From Phaeosaccion multiseriatum (lineage: Eukaryota > Protista > Ochrophyta, other classes), in contig OZ218954.1 in the NCBI GenBank assembly GCA_965112735.1, positions 3,782,001 to 3,846,000 of the forward strand: a stretch of 64,000 nt of DNA. Direction: 5' to 3'. The notes under the pieces were generated by a model. That model was not told the origin of the DNA, ran no database searches, and was given only the letters and a program-made list of their open reading frames with translations. This document shows positions 12,183 through 23,464 of the stretch, piece after piece. The number at the start of each line of letters is the position of its first letter. The stretch's first letter is position 1. The position numbers and the translations under genes were made by a program.

Positions 12183-13859
12183 ATGTCGTCTGCTACAGTC
12201 TCTGCTGCAGCTGCGGCGGCCGCTGCGGGTGCCAGGTTGGCCTGTCAGTCTAGCAGAAGCTTGTGCTGGAGCAGCAGCGGAAGGTTGGCCGCCCGTGGTG
12301 GCATGTGTTCGGCGACTCAGCGAGCTGGAGGAGGACGAGGAGAAGACAAAGGCACAGAGCAATGGTTTCCTTCCCAGCAGCAGCAGAGACAGCCGCTGTG
12401 GACGTTATCGAGTGGGGCGCTTGCTCGTTGCCGCACCTCTCCAACCGGAGGAGGAGCTGTGGCGGCATTTGATAGGTTTGTGGTGAGTGCCGGCAGGAGC
12501 CGCAGGACCCGGCAACTGCGCGGGCTGGCCACGATGAAGGGGAGTGAGGGGGATGACGCCTCAATCGACGACGACCTCGCAGCCATTGAAAGGGAGGGGG
12601 CTGATGCCGAGGAGGAGGCACAAGCAGCAGCAGCAGGAGGAGGAGGAGGAGGAGGAGGACAGGAAAAAGGAGGAGGAGGACGAAGTGCAAAGCCACGTGG
12701 CCGGGAGAAGTTCATCGGACCAGGAGGGAGTCGAGCTGGCAGACGCCGGCCAGACGACGTCGGGGCCCGGCCCTTCAACCCCAACATGATGCCCGTGGCC
12801 CGCGTCAATTCCACGACCCGCCACCTCCGGGAGCTGCCGTCCCTGTCCAGAGCTGCCATGAAGGCTCGCTACGATGAGCGTATGCGCAACCCCATGAAGT
12901 GCAAGAGCTTGGAAGTCATCAAGGAAGGTGTGTGGGTGTGTGTGTGGCCCTGGGGTGGGTTGGGTTTTCTCCTCTATCCATGTTTGCTCTCTACATGTCT
13001 CTGTCTACCGAACGTGGCATCTCTTTGACCCTTTTCTTCACTCTATTCAAATCCAATCCGCGTCGTACCCTCCTATCATCTGTCTGCGTGTGTCTGCATC
13101 GGCATATCCTTTGCGAGCATGAGTATTTCCCAAAAGTCCCCCCCCCCCCCCCTCTCTCTGCCGCACGCTGCCATCCCGCCCCCTAGGCGTGGTGACGAGG
13201 GTCAAGATGGACAAGACGGCGACCGTGCGCGTGACACGCATCAAGGAGTTCCCAAAGATTGGGCTGAAGCGGCCCTGGTACTCATACTACAAGACGCACG
13301 ATGAGGACAACGAGTGCGGCGTTGGGGACAAGGTGAGAGGGAAAAAAAAGGGGTTATTTATTAACTTACTCGGAATCACCTTAGAGACTGTGGAGGGGAG
13401 AGAGGGAGGAGGTGACGAGGAAGAAGCCGTCCCCTCACCCCGCCTCACCGTACAGCAGGGCAGCGCAGCAGGGCAGCGCATCGCAACGCAATGTGCCCCC
13501 CCCCCCCCCCCCGTGTGTCGCTCTGTGTCCCTCCCTCGACTGCCATCCCTCTCATCTCCCTCCCCCCCTCCCCCATCCACTGCCATCCCCCCTCCTCCCC
13601 TCAGGTGCGCATCATGCCCTGCCGACCCGTGAGCAAAACCAAGAGCTGGGCCCTCGTTGACATACTCGTACGAACCCCCCTTCTCTCCGACCTGCCCATG
13701 GAGGAGAAAGCCAAGGCCGAGGCGGAGGCCCAGGCTGCGGCGGAGGCCCTGGCGAGGGAGGAGGAGGAGACACGCCGCATAGAGAGGGAGAGGGTCGACC
13801 CCGTGATGGAGAGGGCCAGGGAGGTTACGCGCTTCCACCAATGGCCGCTAAGGGCTTAG
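12183..13859 (+). CDS. rps17: Organellar (probably mitochondrial) ribosomal protein uS17 with long N-terminal extension
   Basis: Exons 12183-12927, 13187-13332 and 13605-13859 give [52 protein letters not shown], the bacterial-type S17 signature. The N-terminus is Ser/Ala/Arg-rich. Confidence 0.9.
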
Positions 13860-14599
13860 CGGGACTGGCGATGGCAGCAGATGGGAGCTCGAGAGTAGCG
13901 ATGGCAGTAGATGGGAGGTCGAGAGTGGCGAAGGGGAAAGGCCTTGGCGTGGCGGTGTGAGGAGGGACGGAACAAGCCCACGGAACAAGCCTACGGAACA
14001 AGCCCACGGAATAAGCCTCGGCTTTCGGCTGTGGTGTCGGAGCATTGGAGCGAGCGAGGCCGAGGGAGGGGAGAGAAAGAGAGACAGAGGTGGCAAATGT
14101 TGCCTTCTATCTCCTTGTACTTGTACTACGAAGTCTTGCTTACACGCGCACGAGCTTTTGAACTTGACTGTACTCTGAAGCGCAAGCTCAATCCAGCTGA
14201 GCCTTCCTTTTGCTCTCATTGCACCCCAAGCTTGGGAGGATCCTTCTTCCTTGTGTTTATTATTACTACGATCACATAAATAAGGACAATGATAAACCCA
14301 ATCCCTTCCTGTAACCTCCACCCCCCCCCCCCTCCCCCCCCCGCCTATTGATATCGACTCTATTTATGGTGTTCGATATTGACAAGGGTCACATAAACTG
14401 AAAACTGAAAACTATTGCAGTACCGAAATATTGACAGCAAGGGTGAGAGCCTCCTGTCGGAAACCCTCCGCGCAGCCTCCCCCCTCCTCCTCCTCCTCCT
14501 CCTCCTCCTCCTCCTCCTCCTCCTCCTCCACCTCCTCCTGCTCCTGCTCATCCTCCTCCTCCCCCCTCCTCCTCCACCTCCTCCTGCTCCTGCTCCTGC

Positions 14600-15215
14600 T
14601 CATCCTCTCTCTCCCATGTCCAGGAGCTCGCTCCGAGAAAGCGTCGAAACCGTCACGCCGTACTCATCCTCCATCCAGCTGGGCAGCGCCGTCAGCTCTG
14701 ACGACCTAAGCTCGGTCAGCTCTGACGACCAAAGCTCGGTCAGCTCTGACGACCCAAGCTCAGACACCTCTGACGACCCAAGCTCGGTGTGGTTGGCGGC
14801 GCCACTGGCGTCCACCTCCTGGGCCTCCGAGTAGAGAGGAGGGTCGTCAACGCAGCCGGCCGAGGAGGTAAGGCCTGTACAGCCGGCCGAGGAGGTAAGG
14901 CCTGTACCTGTAGAGCTCTCGTGCGCAAAGGAGAGACGACAGTCAAAGCAGCCACAGAATAAGTCAACGGAGCCGCAGGAGCCGCACGGCAATGCGTCGT
15001 GTGCGATCCCTGAGTCGGCGCTCTCCTTCACAGTCTCCGTCGAGCCCCAGCGCTGCTCCGACTGTTGCTGTATCACCAACTGCTGCCGTGGTTGCTGCTG
15101 CTCTTGGCATATGTATTGCTGCTGCTGCTGCTGTATCACCAACTGCTGCTGCTGTATCACCAACTGCTGCTGCTGAATCACGAAAAGCTGCTGAAGCTCC
15201 TCCTCCTCCTGCTGG

Positions 15216-15252
<37 letters not shown>

Positions 15253-16759
15253 TCATGCCTCCCCCGGCGTGGACCGGCCCCTCCTCCTTCATGTGGGCCT
15301 CCCCCGAGTAGCGCGGAACGGGAGGGTGCGGCAGCAGCAGCAGCGAGGTCGGCAGAAGGAGGAGGGGCTTCTCCTCTCTCTCCGCCCCTGCCCCTGCTCC
15401 GTGCTGTGCGAGCCCTCCCCAGCAGGGCGGCAGCCCCTTGCCCGTGGCCTTGCCCGTGGCCTTGCGCTGTATCGCTGAGAAGCATCGAGCTTCACCCTTG
15501 CCCTTGCCCCTCTCCTCCTTCACCCTGACCTCGAGCTTGACCTCCGCGGCTCTGCCCCACCCAATGGCGTCCTCTGCTCTATCCACGCCCTCCAGAATGC
15601 CTTGGAGGGACCGACCAAGGCCACTCCCCCTCTGTATGCCCTCACCCTCACTCCCCCTCTGTATGCCCACCGCGCCATGGCCGCACGGTCCCTCTCTGTG
15701 TCCCCGCATGTCCATCACAAATTGCTCGAGTTCGTGTCTCATTTGCAGTAGGATGGTCTTGTCCTTGAGCCGGATCTCCTGCTTGCCTTCCTCCTTGTCG
15801 TCCTCCTTGCCTTCCTCCATGCCACCCTTGTCCTGCTCAGGACCCGCCGATGGCCGCAGGAGGCGGTCGAAGAGGGGGTGACTGAGCAACCTTTCGCTCT
15901 CGGCAAGAACATCGCCGGTCAGCACCTCGCCCTGGTCAGCCTGCCACTTGAGAAACTTGTTCCCAAGCCAGACTACTCGGTCGTCTGTGACTATCTTCGG
16001 GCAGCCCCGACCCCCCCCCCCTCCCGGCCCATGCCTCACCCATCGCTCAAGGAAGCGCTCCAGAAAGAGTTGTGCCGCGGTGTTGAAACTGATCATAGGC
16101 TCTTCTCTGTCTCCGTCCCTGTCTCCATCCCCGTCTCTGTTGGTGTCTCCCTGTCCCTCTTTCTCTACCACGAGGTTTCCCACCGCACCCTCCCGCGTCT
16201 CCACGCGGACGTCCTCAGCCAATGCCGCTGCGACCTTGGGCCTCTTCGCCCCCCGTTCTCCACGATTGTGTCCTTGCTCCTCCTCATCGCCTTGAAGCCG
16301 GCCTCTCTTGGCCTTGGCTGCCGCAGGGGGCGAGGCAGGCGAAGCACAGTGTGATGCAGCTGCAGCCGCCGCCTTGTCTCTACCTTTCTTGTTCTTTCCT
16401 TTGCTGCCTTGCGCAATATAGCCCGTAAGATACACGAGTATATCCGCAAACGTCCAGTCAGTGTACCGACGGCACTTTGCCCTCTCCTCGGACTTCTTCT
16501 TGAACTTGCTGGGGACAGGGAAGAGACCTTTGTTGCACTTCTTATCATTTCTGCCGAGACGGTCTATGGCCTTGATTCGATTCGCGTCCTCCCCCTCTGC
16601 GTCTCTCCTGTGCGGAAGGTATCGCTGATGGGTCTCCAAATCGTGTTTGGCCTGGTGAGCCCAGACATCACAGACATGCTCCTTCTTGATTGCCCGATTC
16701 GTGCCCGCTTTTGCAGCCTTGGGGTTCTTCCGGGCCTTGTCCTGCGCCTGCCCCTTCAT
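14600..16759 (-). CDS. Intronless 719-aa hypothetical protein (basic N-terminus, polyQ, internal repeats)
   Basis: Long uninterrupted ORF with a non-repetitive N-terminal half. No recognisable domain. Confidence 0.55.
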
Positions 16760-17394
16760 GGTGCTGCTTCATATGCTGCTTCCACGCATCCGCCCCCCCC
16801 CCTTTGCTTTATATTTGCCTGTAGCAATCCTCGATCAGTCCTCTGAGCGAACACTCCGACGGCGGGAAAGAGCTCACAGGGATGATGGATGGGAACCGGA
16901 GCGAAGGAGCAGAGAATCCGCTGCAACCCAAATTTGTACATCGTCGCAGATCCGGCGAGTAGAGAAGCAGGGCGCGGTAGGAGAACGTAGGGTCACTCTA
17001 GTCCCCGTCCTCTGCCCCTGTCTACAACTCTTCGGGCTGCACATCAGCTTTCTCTTTGGAAAGGAGAGCGTTCCTCAAATCCCTTAACTTCCCTCCTCTC
17101 TCCTCTTGCTTCTCTTTCTTGCTTATCGAATGGAGAGGTAACAGCAGCGGGGGGGGGGGAGGGAACGGGAGGAGAAAAGGGAGGGAGCCGAACAATTTTC
17201 GGTGAGAGTGACGGTGCTGGAGTTGCCCAAAGGGATGGTGGTTGTCCTGGCGGCATTGCTCTCCTCGACCGGCCTGTTCTCCCTTCTTCCCCTTCTGACT
17301 TCTCCCCCTTCTCCCCCTTTCACTTCTTCTCCTTACTGGATACCCCCCTTGGTATCCCCCCTTTCAGGCTCTCGCCCCTCCGAGCAGTAGCACT

Positions 17395-19404
17395 ATGGGG
17401 CTGGCCAGTGCCGTGGACAGCGCGGCACCGCTCTTCTTTCTAGCGCTGCCCTTTGCCGACGTCATCACGGACGTGGCGGTTGCCGTTTACGCTTCGCAGC
17501 ACCTCTCCTCCTGCAACGACTGGGACTGCGGAGCGCGGACCCTCGTGTTCACGCTGGGCTTCCTGCTCTTCATCACGTCGCTGTACGTGCCGCTGGTCAG
17601 CTCGAGCATCTTTTGCTACCCCATGAGAGGTACGTGGGTAGAGGAGAGGGGAGGAGAGAGCACCGCACTGCAGCATCAATCATCAGCCACGGCACTTGGG
17701 CACTCCGTCGGCAATAAGCCCACACCACACCACTGCCATGTCCACGGCCATGTCCCCTCTCATCCTCACACTCTCCCACACACGACCCCCTCCTGTCTCC
17801 CCTCGGCAGAAGAGCCTCTACAGTGGCTTCGGTACATGGTGCTCTTGCCCCTCACCTTCGGACTGCTCCATCTGGTCTTGCGCACCCTCAGAGTGCTGCT
17901 GTTGTTGCTGCTCGCCCCAGCGCTCCTTCTAATCGACAGCGTGGTGGGCTGCGGCTTTATGTGTGGACAGCCCAAGGCGGGTGAGTGGGGAGAGGGAGCA
18001 GTGCAGTAAGGCCATTTGCTTCATGTGTGGTCGGGCAACGAGGCGGGTAACGTCGTGCTTGACGGTTTCGAATGGACCTCCGAATGAACCTCCGAATGGA
18101 CCTCCGAATGGACCTCCGAATGGACCTCCTACTCCCTCGCACGAGGAGCGATGCTTTCGCTCCGGCAGGATGGAAAGCCCACGACCACGACCCCTAAGCT
18201 CTCAAGTGTCTCTTGAACTCTTTACTGCCTTACTGCCTGCCACTACCCCGTCCTTACTGCCTGCCACTACCCCGTCCTTACTGCCTGCCACTACCCCGTC
18301 CTTACTGCCTGCCACTACCCCGCCCTTACTGCCTGCCACTACCCCGCCCTTACTGCCTGCCACTACCCCGTCCTTACTGCCTGCCACTACCCCGTCCTTA
18401 CTGCCTGCCACTACCCCGCCCCCCCCTCCCCTCCGGCAGAGCGCGCCTCTGCCGTCAAGGAAGTTTCAGGTTCAGCTGCGAGGGCCCCCTCGGGGAGGGC
18501 TCTGGCGGCCAATAGGGCCCACGCACACGCCCACGCACTGGAGGCCAACATCAGCAAGCGCCGCGGGGAGGAGGATGGGGAGGAGGTCGACACCGGTCGG
18601 GTGTGCTGCCCCATCCACACGTATGCGCTGTACCCACTGCTCTTCACCAAGAAGGTAAGCGCAAGCAGCAGTGCTCCCTCTTCCGTTACCAGTTGTCAGT
18701 TCCAGTTCCATTCCTCAAGGCACGCCCGTCTTCTCTACCCCTGCCCCTGCCCCGGCGCGGCACTGCACTGCACGGCACTGCAGGAGTGGGAGTTCTTCAA
18801 GAAGCGCTCTGCGGTGGTACGCCCCTGGTACTGCCTGTCCTTCTGGCTCACAGGGAGGGGCTACGCCTTGATGGCGGGCAAGCTCGAAAGGGGGGACGAG
18901 TCGCTACTGTACCGTCTCGCCCTGCTGGAGACAGTGGTGGAGAACGCAGGGGGACTGCTCATGGCGGCGGCAAACTTCGCTTCTCCCCTATCCAAGGTTT
19001 CCATGTTCTTTAACGTCGTTTCCAGGTGCGGGAGGGAGGCAGGGAGGGAAGGGATGGGGGGGGAGAGGAGGGATAGAGGGACAAGGGAGGGAGGGAGGGA
19101 GGTAGGGAGGCAGGCAGGGAAGGATGGTGCCACTTGCACACACACAGAAAGACCCTCAACCCCTCTGCCCCCCTCCCTCCCTCCCTCCCTCCCTCCCCGC
19201 AGCTTGTTCGAGATTGGGTATCTTTGGGGGCGTGGGCGGCGCGTGTCCTCCTCCCCCGGGGTAGTGGGCAGTCCTGACACCTTTGTGTGGGGCGTGTGCT
19301 TCCTCACTGCGCTGGGCTTTGCGGGCCTCATGTACGGGGCCTTCGTGGGAAACGCCGTGGGCTTCTTCAAGGGCGTGTTGGGGGACATGAAACTGAGCTT
19401 CTAA
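17395..19404 (+). CDS. Multi-exon multi-pass membrane protein, possibly XK-related family
   Basis: Hydrophobic exons with splice sites. PFADVITDVAVAV and YRLALLETVVEN resemble XK-family motifs. Exon structure only partly resolved. Confidence 0.5.
18228..18419. repeat. 24-bp minisatellite (CTTACTGCCTGCCACTACCCCGYC) x8
   Basis: Directly visible; probably intronic. Confidence 0.95.
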
Positions 19405-19507
19405 GTGCTGCTTCTGAGCAGGGCTTGGAAGTACTGCGTCGACTCTACCATGTGCTTCTAACATGTGCTTCTGATGCGTCTAGGTGGTAGGCGGGGCTGT
19501 GTGCGTG

Positions 19508-19687
19508 CCTGGCCTGCCACTCCCTGGCCTGCCACTCCCTGGCCTGCCACTCCCTGGCCTGCCACTCCCTGGCCTGCCACTCCCTGGCCTGCCACTCCCT
19601 GGCCTGCCACTCCCTGGCCTGCCACTCCCTGGCCTGCCACTCCCTGGCCTGCCACTCCCTGGCCTGCCACTCCCTGGCCTGCCACTC
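19508..19687. repeat. 15-bp minisatellite (CCTGGCCTGCCACTC) x12
   Basis: Directly visible perfect array. Confidence 0.95.
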
Positions 19688-20497
19688 ATGGCTGTGGTAG
19701 TGGAGGCACGGAGGCAGGCCACGGAGGCAAGAATGTTAGCCTCCGAGCCAAAGGCAGTGACGACCCTTCCCGCAACAGCTCTCAGTAGCCTCCTAGAGGC
19801 CTACCGCTCACTGCCTCTAAGATAGATGAGATGTGCGTACTGACTGATCAAGTGGAGTGTGTGTATTTAATAGAAGGGGGGGAACGGTCCAATACCACTC
19901 CCTTGGCGATGTCCTTGTCCTTACACTTGCCTCCATGTCCGGTATGTCCTTGTCCTTATCACTTTTGCCTCCTACACGGCCTTGTCCCTTCCCTTTGCCC
20001 CCCTACACGGCCTCATCACTCCCCTTTGCTCCCACACGGCCTCGTCACTGAACCGCCCCTCCCACTGTCCCGAATTTGACAGAAATAGACCTCCTCGATA
20101 TCCAATGTCGATGTCCTGCCCCCCCCCCCTCTTGCCTTGTGCGAGGCAGGGGCCTGCTTGGGGCCTGCTTGGGGCATACCTTCGAATGCCTGGGGCATAT
20201 GCTTCGTCTTGTTGCTTCGATTGGCCCGTCAAGGACAAGTGGGGTCCGGGAGCCCCTCACCATGTTCCAATGTCTGCTGACAAGGGGGGCATGTGACATG
20301 TGGTCATGTGGTCCTCCCGCGTCCCCTCATTTCTACTTCGTTAGTGTTTCTGTAACGGAAAATAAAACAAAAACAGAAAATCTGAAAAATCATGTGCGTT
20401 CGTTTCCAGCACAAGTAAATGCGGATGGGGGCGCCTCCCGGGATCCTCTCTGCTCTCTACGCCCAAGCGAGAAGAGAAAGGGCAAACGCAGAGAGAA

Positions 20498-21620
20498 ATG
20501 TCTGCGTGCGTGCTGGCGTGCCGGGATGAGGCGGCCGCCACCTTCGGCCTCACGAACCGGGCCGAGGGCGTGTGCGATGAAACCACGGGGACTTGCTCTG
20601 GCTGTGGAGACGGCTTTTACGGCGAGAATATTGTGGGGGAGAGTGCTTGCGTGGCCAAGGCGTACATAGATATTCCCGAGCTTGTTCTGCTCTTCATTGT
20701 GACAGTCCACCTGGCTGATGTAGTGTTCGTTCTCGGCAGGCTTATGTGGCGCAAGGGGGGAGTGAGGGCACTGCGGCAGGATGCGAAGAAGAGTCATGTT
20801 GCCGAAACTCGACTGGTCGGGGCAGGACTTTGTCTCTCTTCTCTGATGATGGCATTAATCATCCCTCTGCGGAGGCTCTCTACTGATGCGACAGCGCCGA
20901 TGGGCGACGGTTTGGCCTGGTTCTCCTTTATTGGCGGAATGTGGTGTGGCACCTTAAACGGGTGGGTGGTGGTTCGTCTCTGGCTCGTCGCCTTGCCGCG
21001 GAGCCTCATGTCTCGCACGCCTACTGTACTCCGGCTTCGGCACATTGTGGAGAGCCGGTTCTGGCTCGTTCGCCGCGATGGGCATTTACGGCCTGTGTGC
21101 CGGCATCTTCGCAGCAGTTCTGCCCGGCTTCAAAACCGCGTGGGTCCTCGTGGCTGTGGCGCAGCCCGCCATGAGCGGGAACTGTGGGGCCATCGGAGTG
21201 GCGACGAGCTGCCTCTTACACATATTCAACTCGATGCCCGCCCTCTCACCAGATTTGGGGCTGTTCAGGACGCAGTGCCTGTACATGCTGCGTTTTCTAT
21301 TCACCCTCTGGGTGGGAGCTGCCATTACAAACGTCGTCATACTGGCGGATCCCATGAAGTGGTTCTCGCAGCGGCCCTCGATTTCAATGATGTTGTTCAG
21401 GTGCTTCATGGTGGGCTGGGAGTTGATAGCCTTCTATCTAGTGCTCAGGAAGCCGTTCGCACGACGGGCAGTCGCGAACAACACCTGCACAGTCACTCGT
21501 GTTGTTATCCTCTGTGGTCCCCCCTCCGGTCGCACCGCAAGTTCAAAGCGCAATTCGATTTTCAGCCGCAACTCCATTAACAAGGTTCTCCCAGATCACT
21601 ACAGGTTACCGGAGGCGTGA
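20498..21620 (+). pseudogene. Intronless Cys-rich (EGF-like) + 7-transmembrane protein gene split by a frameshift near 21068
   Basis: ORF 20498.. supplies the Cys-rich N-terminus and TM1-3. The overlapping ORF 21045..21620 supplies TM4-7. Joining at FWL/FAAMG restores a 7TM protein of about 373 aa. This may be a pseudogene or an assembly error. Confidence 0.6.
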
Positions 21621-22419
21621 AGCTCTTGCTTGAAGCTCTTCCTGGGTTGCTGTTACCTGCGACGGTGTGCTGTTGCCTTAGGAAGAGAGACGCCGCCTTT
21701 GTCCGGCCGGCCCTCTGCGTCTGCTTATAAGCTGGTGTGGAGGGAAGAGCGAGGCGAGGAGACCGATGCAAGCGAGCCTTGACTTTGAGGAGGGGCAGGA
21801 GGAGTGTCCGCTCGCTCGGCCGTCGCTGCTCATGGATGTGTGGTAGACAGATGGCTGTGAGTGCAACCACGAGGAGTACAAGGCAGGCCGACTCGGGCAA
21901 GGGGACAAGCAGGGAGGGCCGACCCCTGCCTACACCTGCTCGGCCTAAAAACAGACCGCACGAAAAGACCGGCTCAGGGGGCGAACAGGAGGGGGTGATC
22001 TTCCTCGGCCCAGGCCTGACTGAGTAGACTTTTGTGCAGTGGGGGGGGGCGTCGTCGCAGGCATGGGCCACAGCTCGACAGTTTCACTGACAGTTTCACT
22101 TGACTTGCCGAGCGCAGGTGTTTGAGTCGTGACTCCCAAGCGACAGGCCACAACAACGCACATGAGCCATAGCTACAGCGCCAAGCAGGGCGTCTTGCCG
22201 CGTCCTGCCAGAAGCTACACTCCGTATACGCTTGGAGGACGAAGGGTCGGCTTGTTTGCTTGTAAGCCTCCTTCCTATCCGGCCACGTGTCAGCCGGCGT
22301 ACTACCAGACTACCAGTTGCTGCTAGCGTGGCTGCCACTGGCTGAGTAGCTCCGAAAAAGTGCTGAGGGGCACGCACGTTACGCTCGCGAAGTGGTGAAT
22401 ATATAGAGAGAGTAAAGGT

Positions 22420-22916
22420 TCGGCCCCGTGCACGCCTAGCGGCCTAGGCCTATTTTGGAAAATTGCCCGGCCTAGCGAGGGCCGTAGGCCCTCGGCCTAT
22501 TTGTAGGCCGCCTAGACGGCGGCCTAGGCGGGGGCCGGAGGCCCGCGGCCTAGGGGGGACGCCAACTATATGCCCCTGGGCTGGCCCGGAACCCGCCCAA
22601 GTGTCGTCAGTTTTAAGCAAATGTTAAGGAAAAGGGAGGAGTAGACTTGACTTGGTTCGTGTTGTCTCTTTCCGCCTCGCTGGCCCTACGAGGAGTGCAG
22701 GCCTACAGGTGTGCTGCTACCCACTGGCTGGGCGGCACCACGCACGCGCCCACGGTCACTGGGAGGCTGCCTGCCTAGAGGCGGGCTATAGACCGCCTAG
22801 GGCTGAAAAGTGAGCGGCCTAGAGCGGCCGGAGGCCGCCGGCCTAGGCCTATTTCGGCCGAAGGCCGAGCGGCCTAGCGGCCTAGAGCCTAGGCCGCTAG
22901 GCGTGCACGGGGCCGA
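22420..22916. mobile_element. 497-bp non-autonomous DNA transposon (MITE)
   Basis: Perfect 30-bp TIRs TCGGCCCCGTGCACGCCTAGCGGCCTAGGC (22420-22449 and 22887-22916), 7-bp direct repeat TAAAGGT (22413-22419 and 22917-22923), about a dozen subterminal CCTAG motifs, no coding capacity. Confidence 0.92.
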
Positions 22917-23464
22917 TAAAGGTGGGGGGGAAAGATGAGGTTTCGTGCCGTGTCTGCCGCCCTTTTCATGCCTGCTGGCGTGCGGCCATCGCAGGCTCAA
23001 GCCATCACTCAAGGCTTCCCCATTCTCCAATCGTCACCCGAGGACAGAGTGGCGGCCATGTTTGCGTTTCAGATGGATGAGCAGATTTCCCACACCCCCG
23101 CACGTGTAAAAAAAAAAAAGTCAATTGGGAAGTTTCAGAATTTCTGGTGACCGAATGGGACGTTGTTATGGGACGTTGTTAGTATGTTATGTACCCCCTT
23201 TTTCCTCCGGGCAACACTTTCTCCCAACGACGTAGCAGCAGCAGCATCACCAGGAGGAGGGAGGAGTGAGAGAGGGAGAAGGAGAGGGAGAAGGAGAGAA
23301 GTTCCTTTGAGTGGAACGAGGAGGGAGCGGTAGAGAGCAGGAGGAGAGGAGGAATTACCGCCGCGGTTGGACCTCGCCGTCAGGATTCTAATCCGAGAGC
23401 GAGTCTGGAAGAGCGTCATAAGGAGACGTCTCTATGGCAGGCCAGGCCTTTTCTTCTCACCATC

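Noticed and set aside
18069-19687. Regular repeats as a possible CRISPR array
   Set aside because: Head-to-tail minisatellites without unique spacers, in a eukaryotic context with no cas genes.
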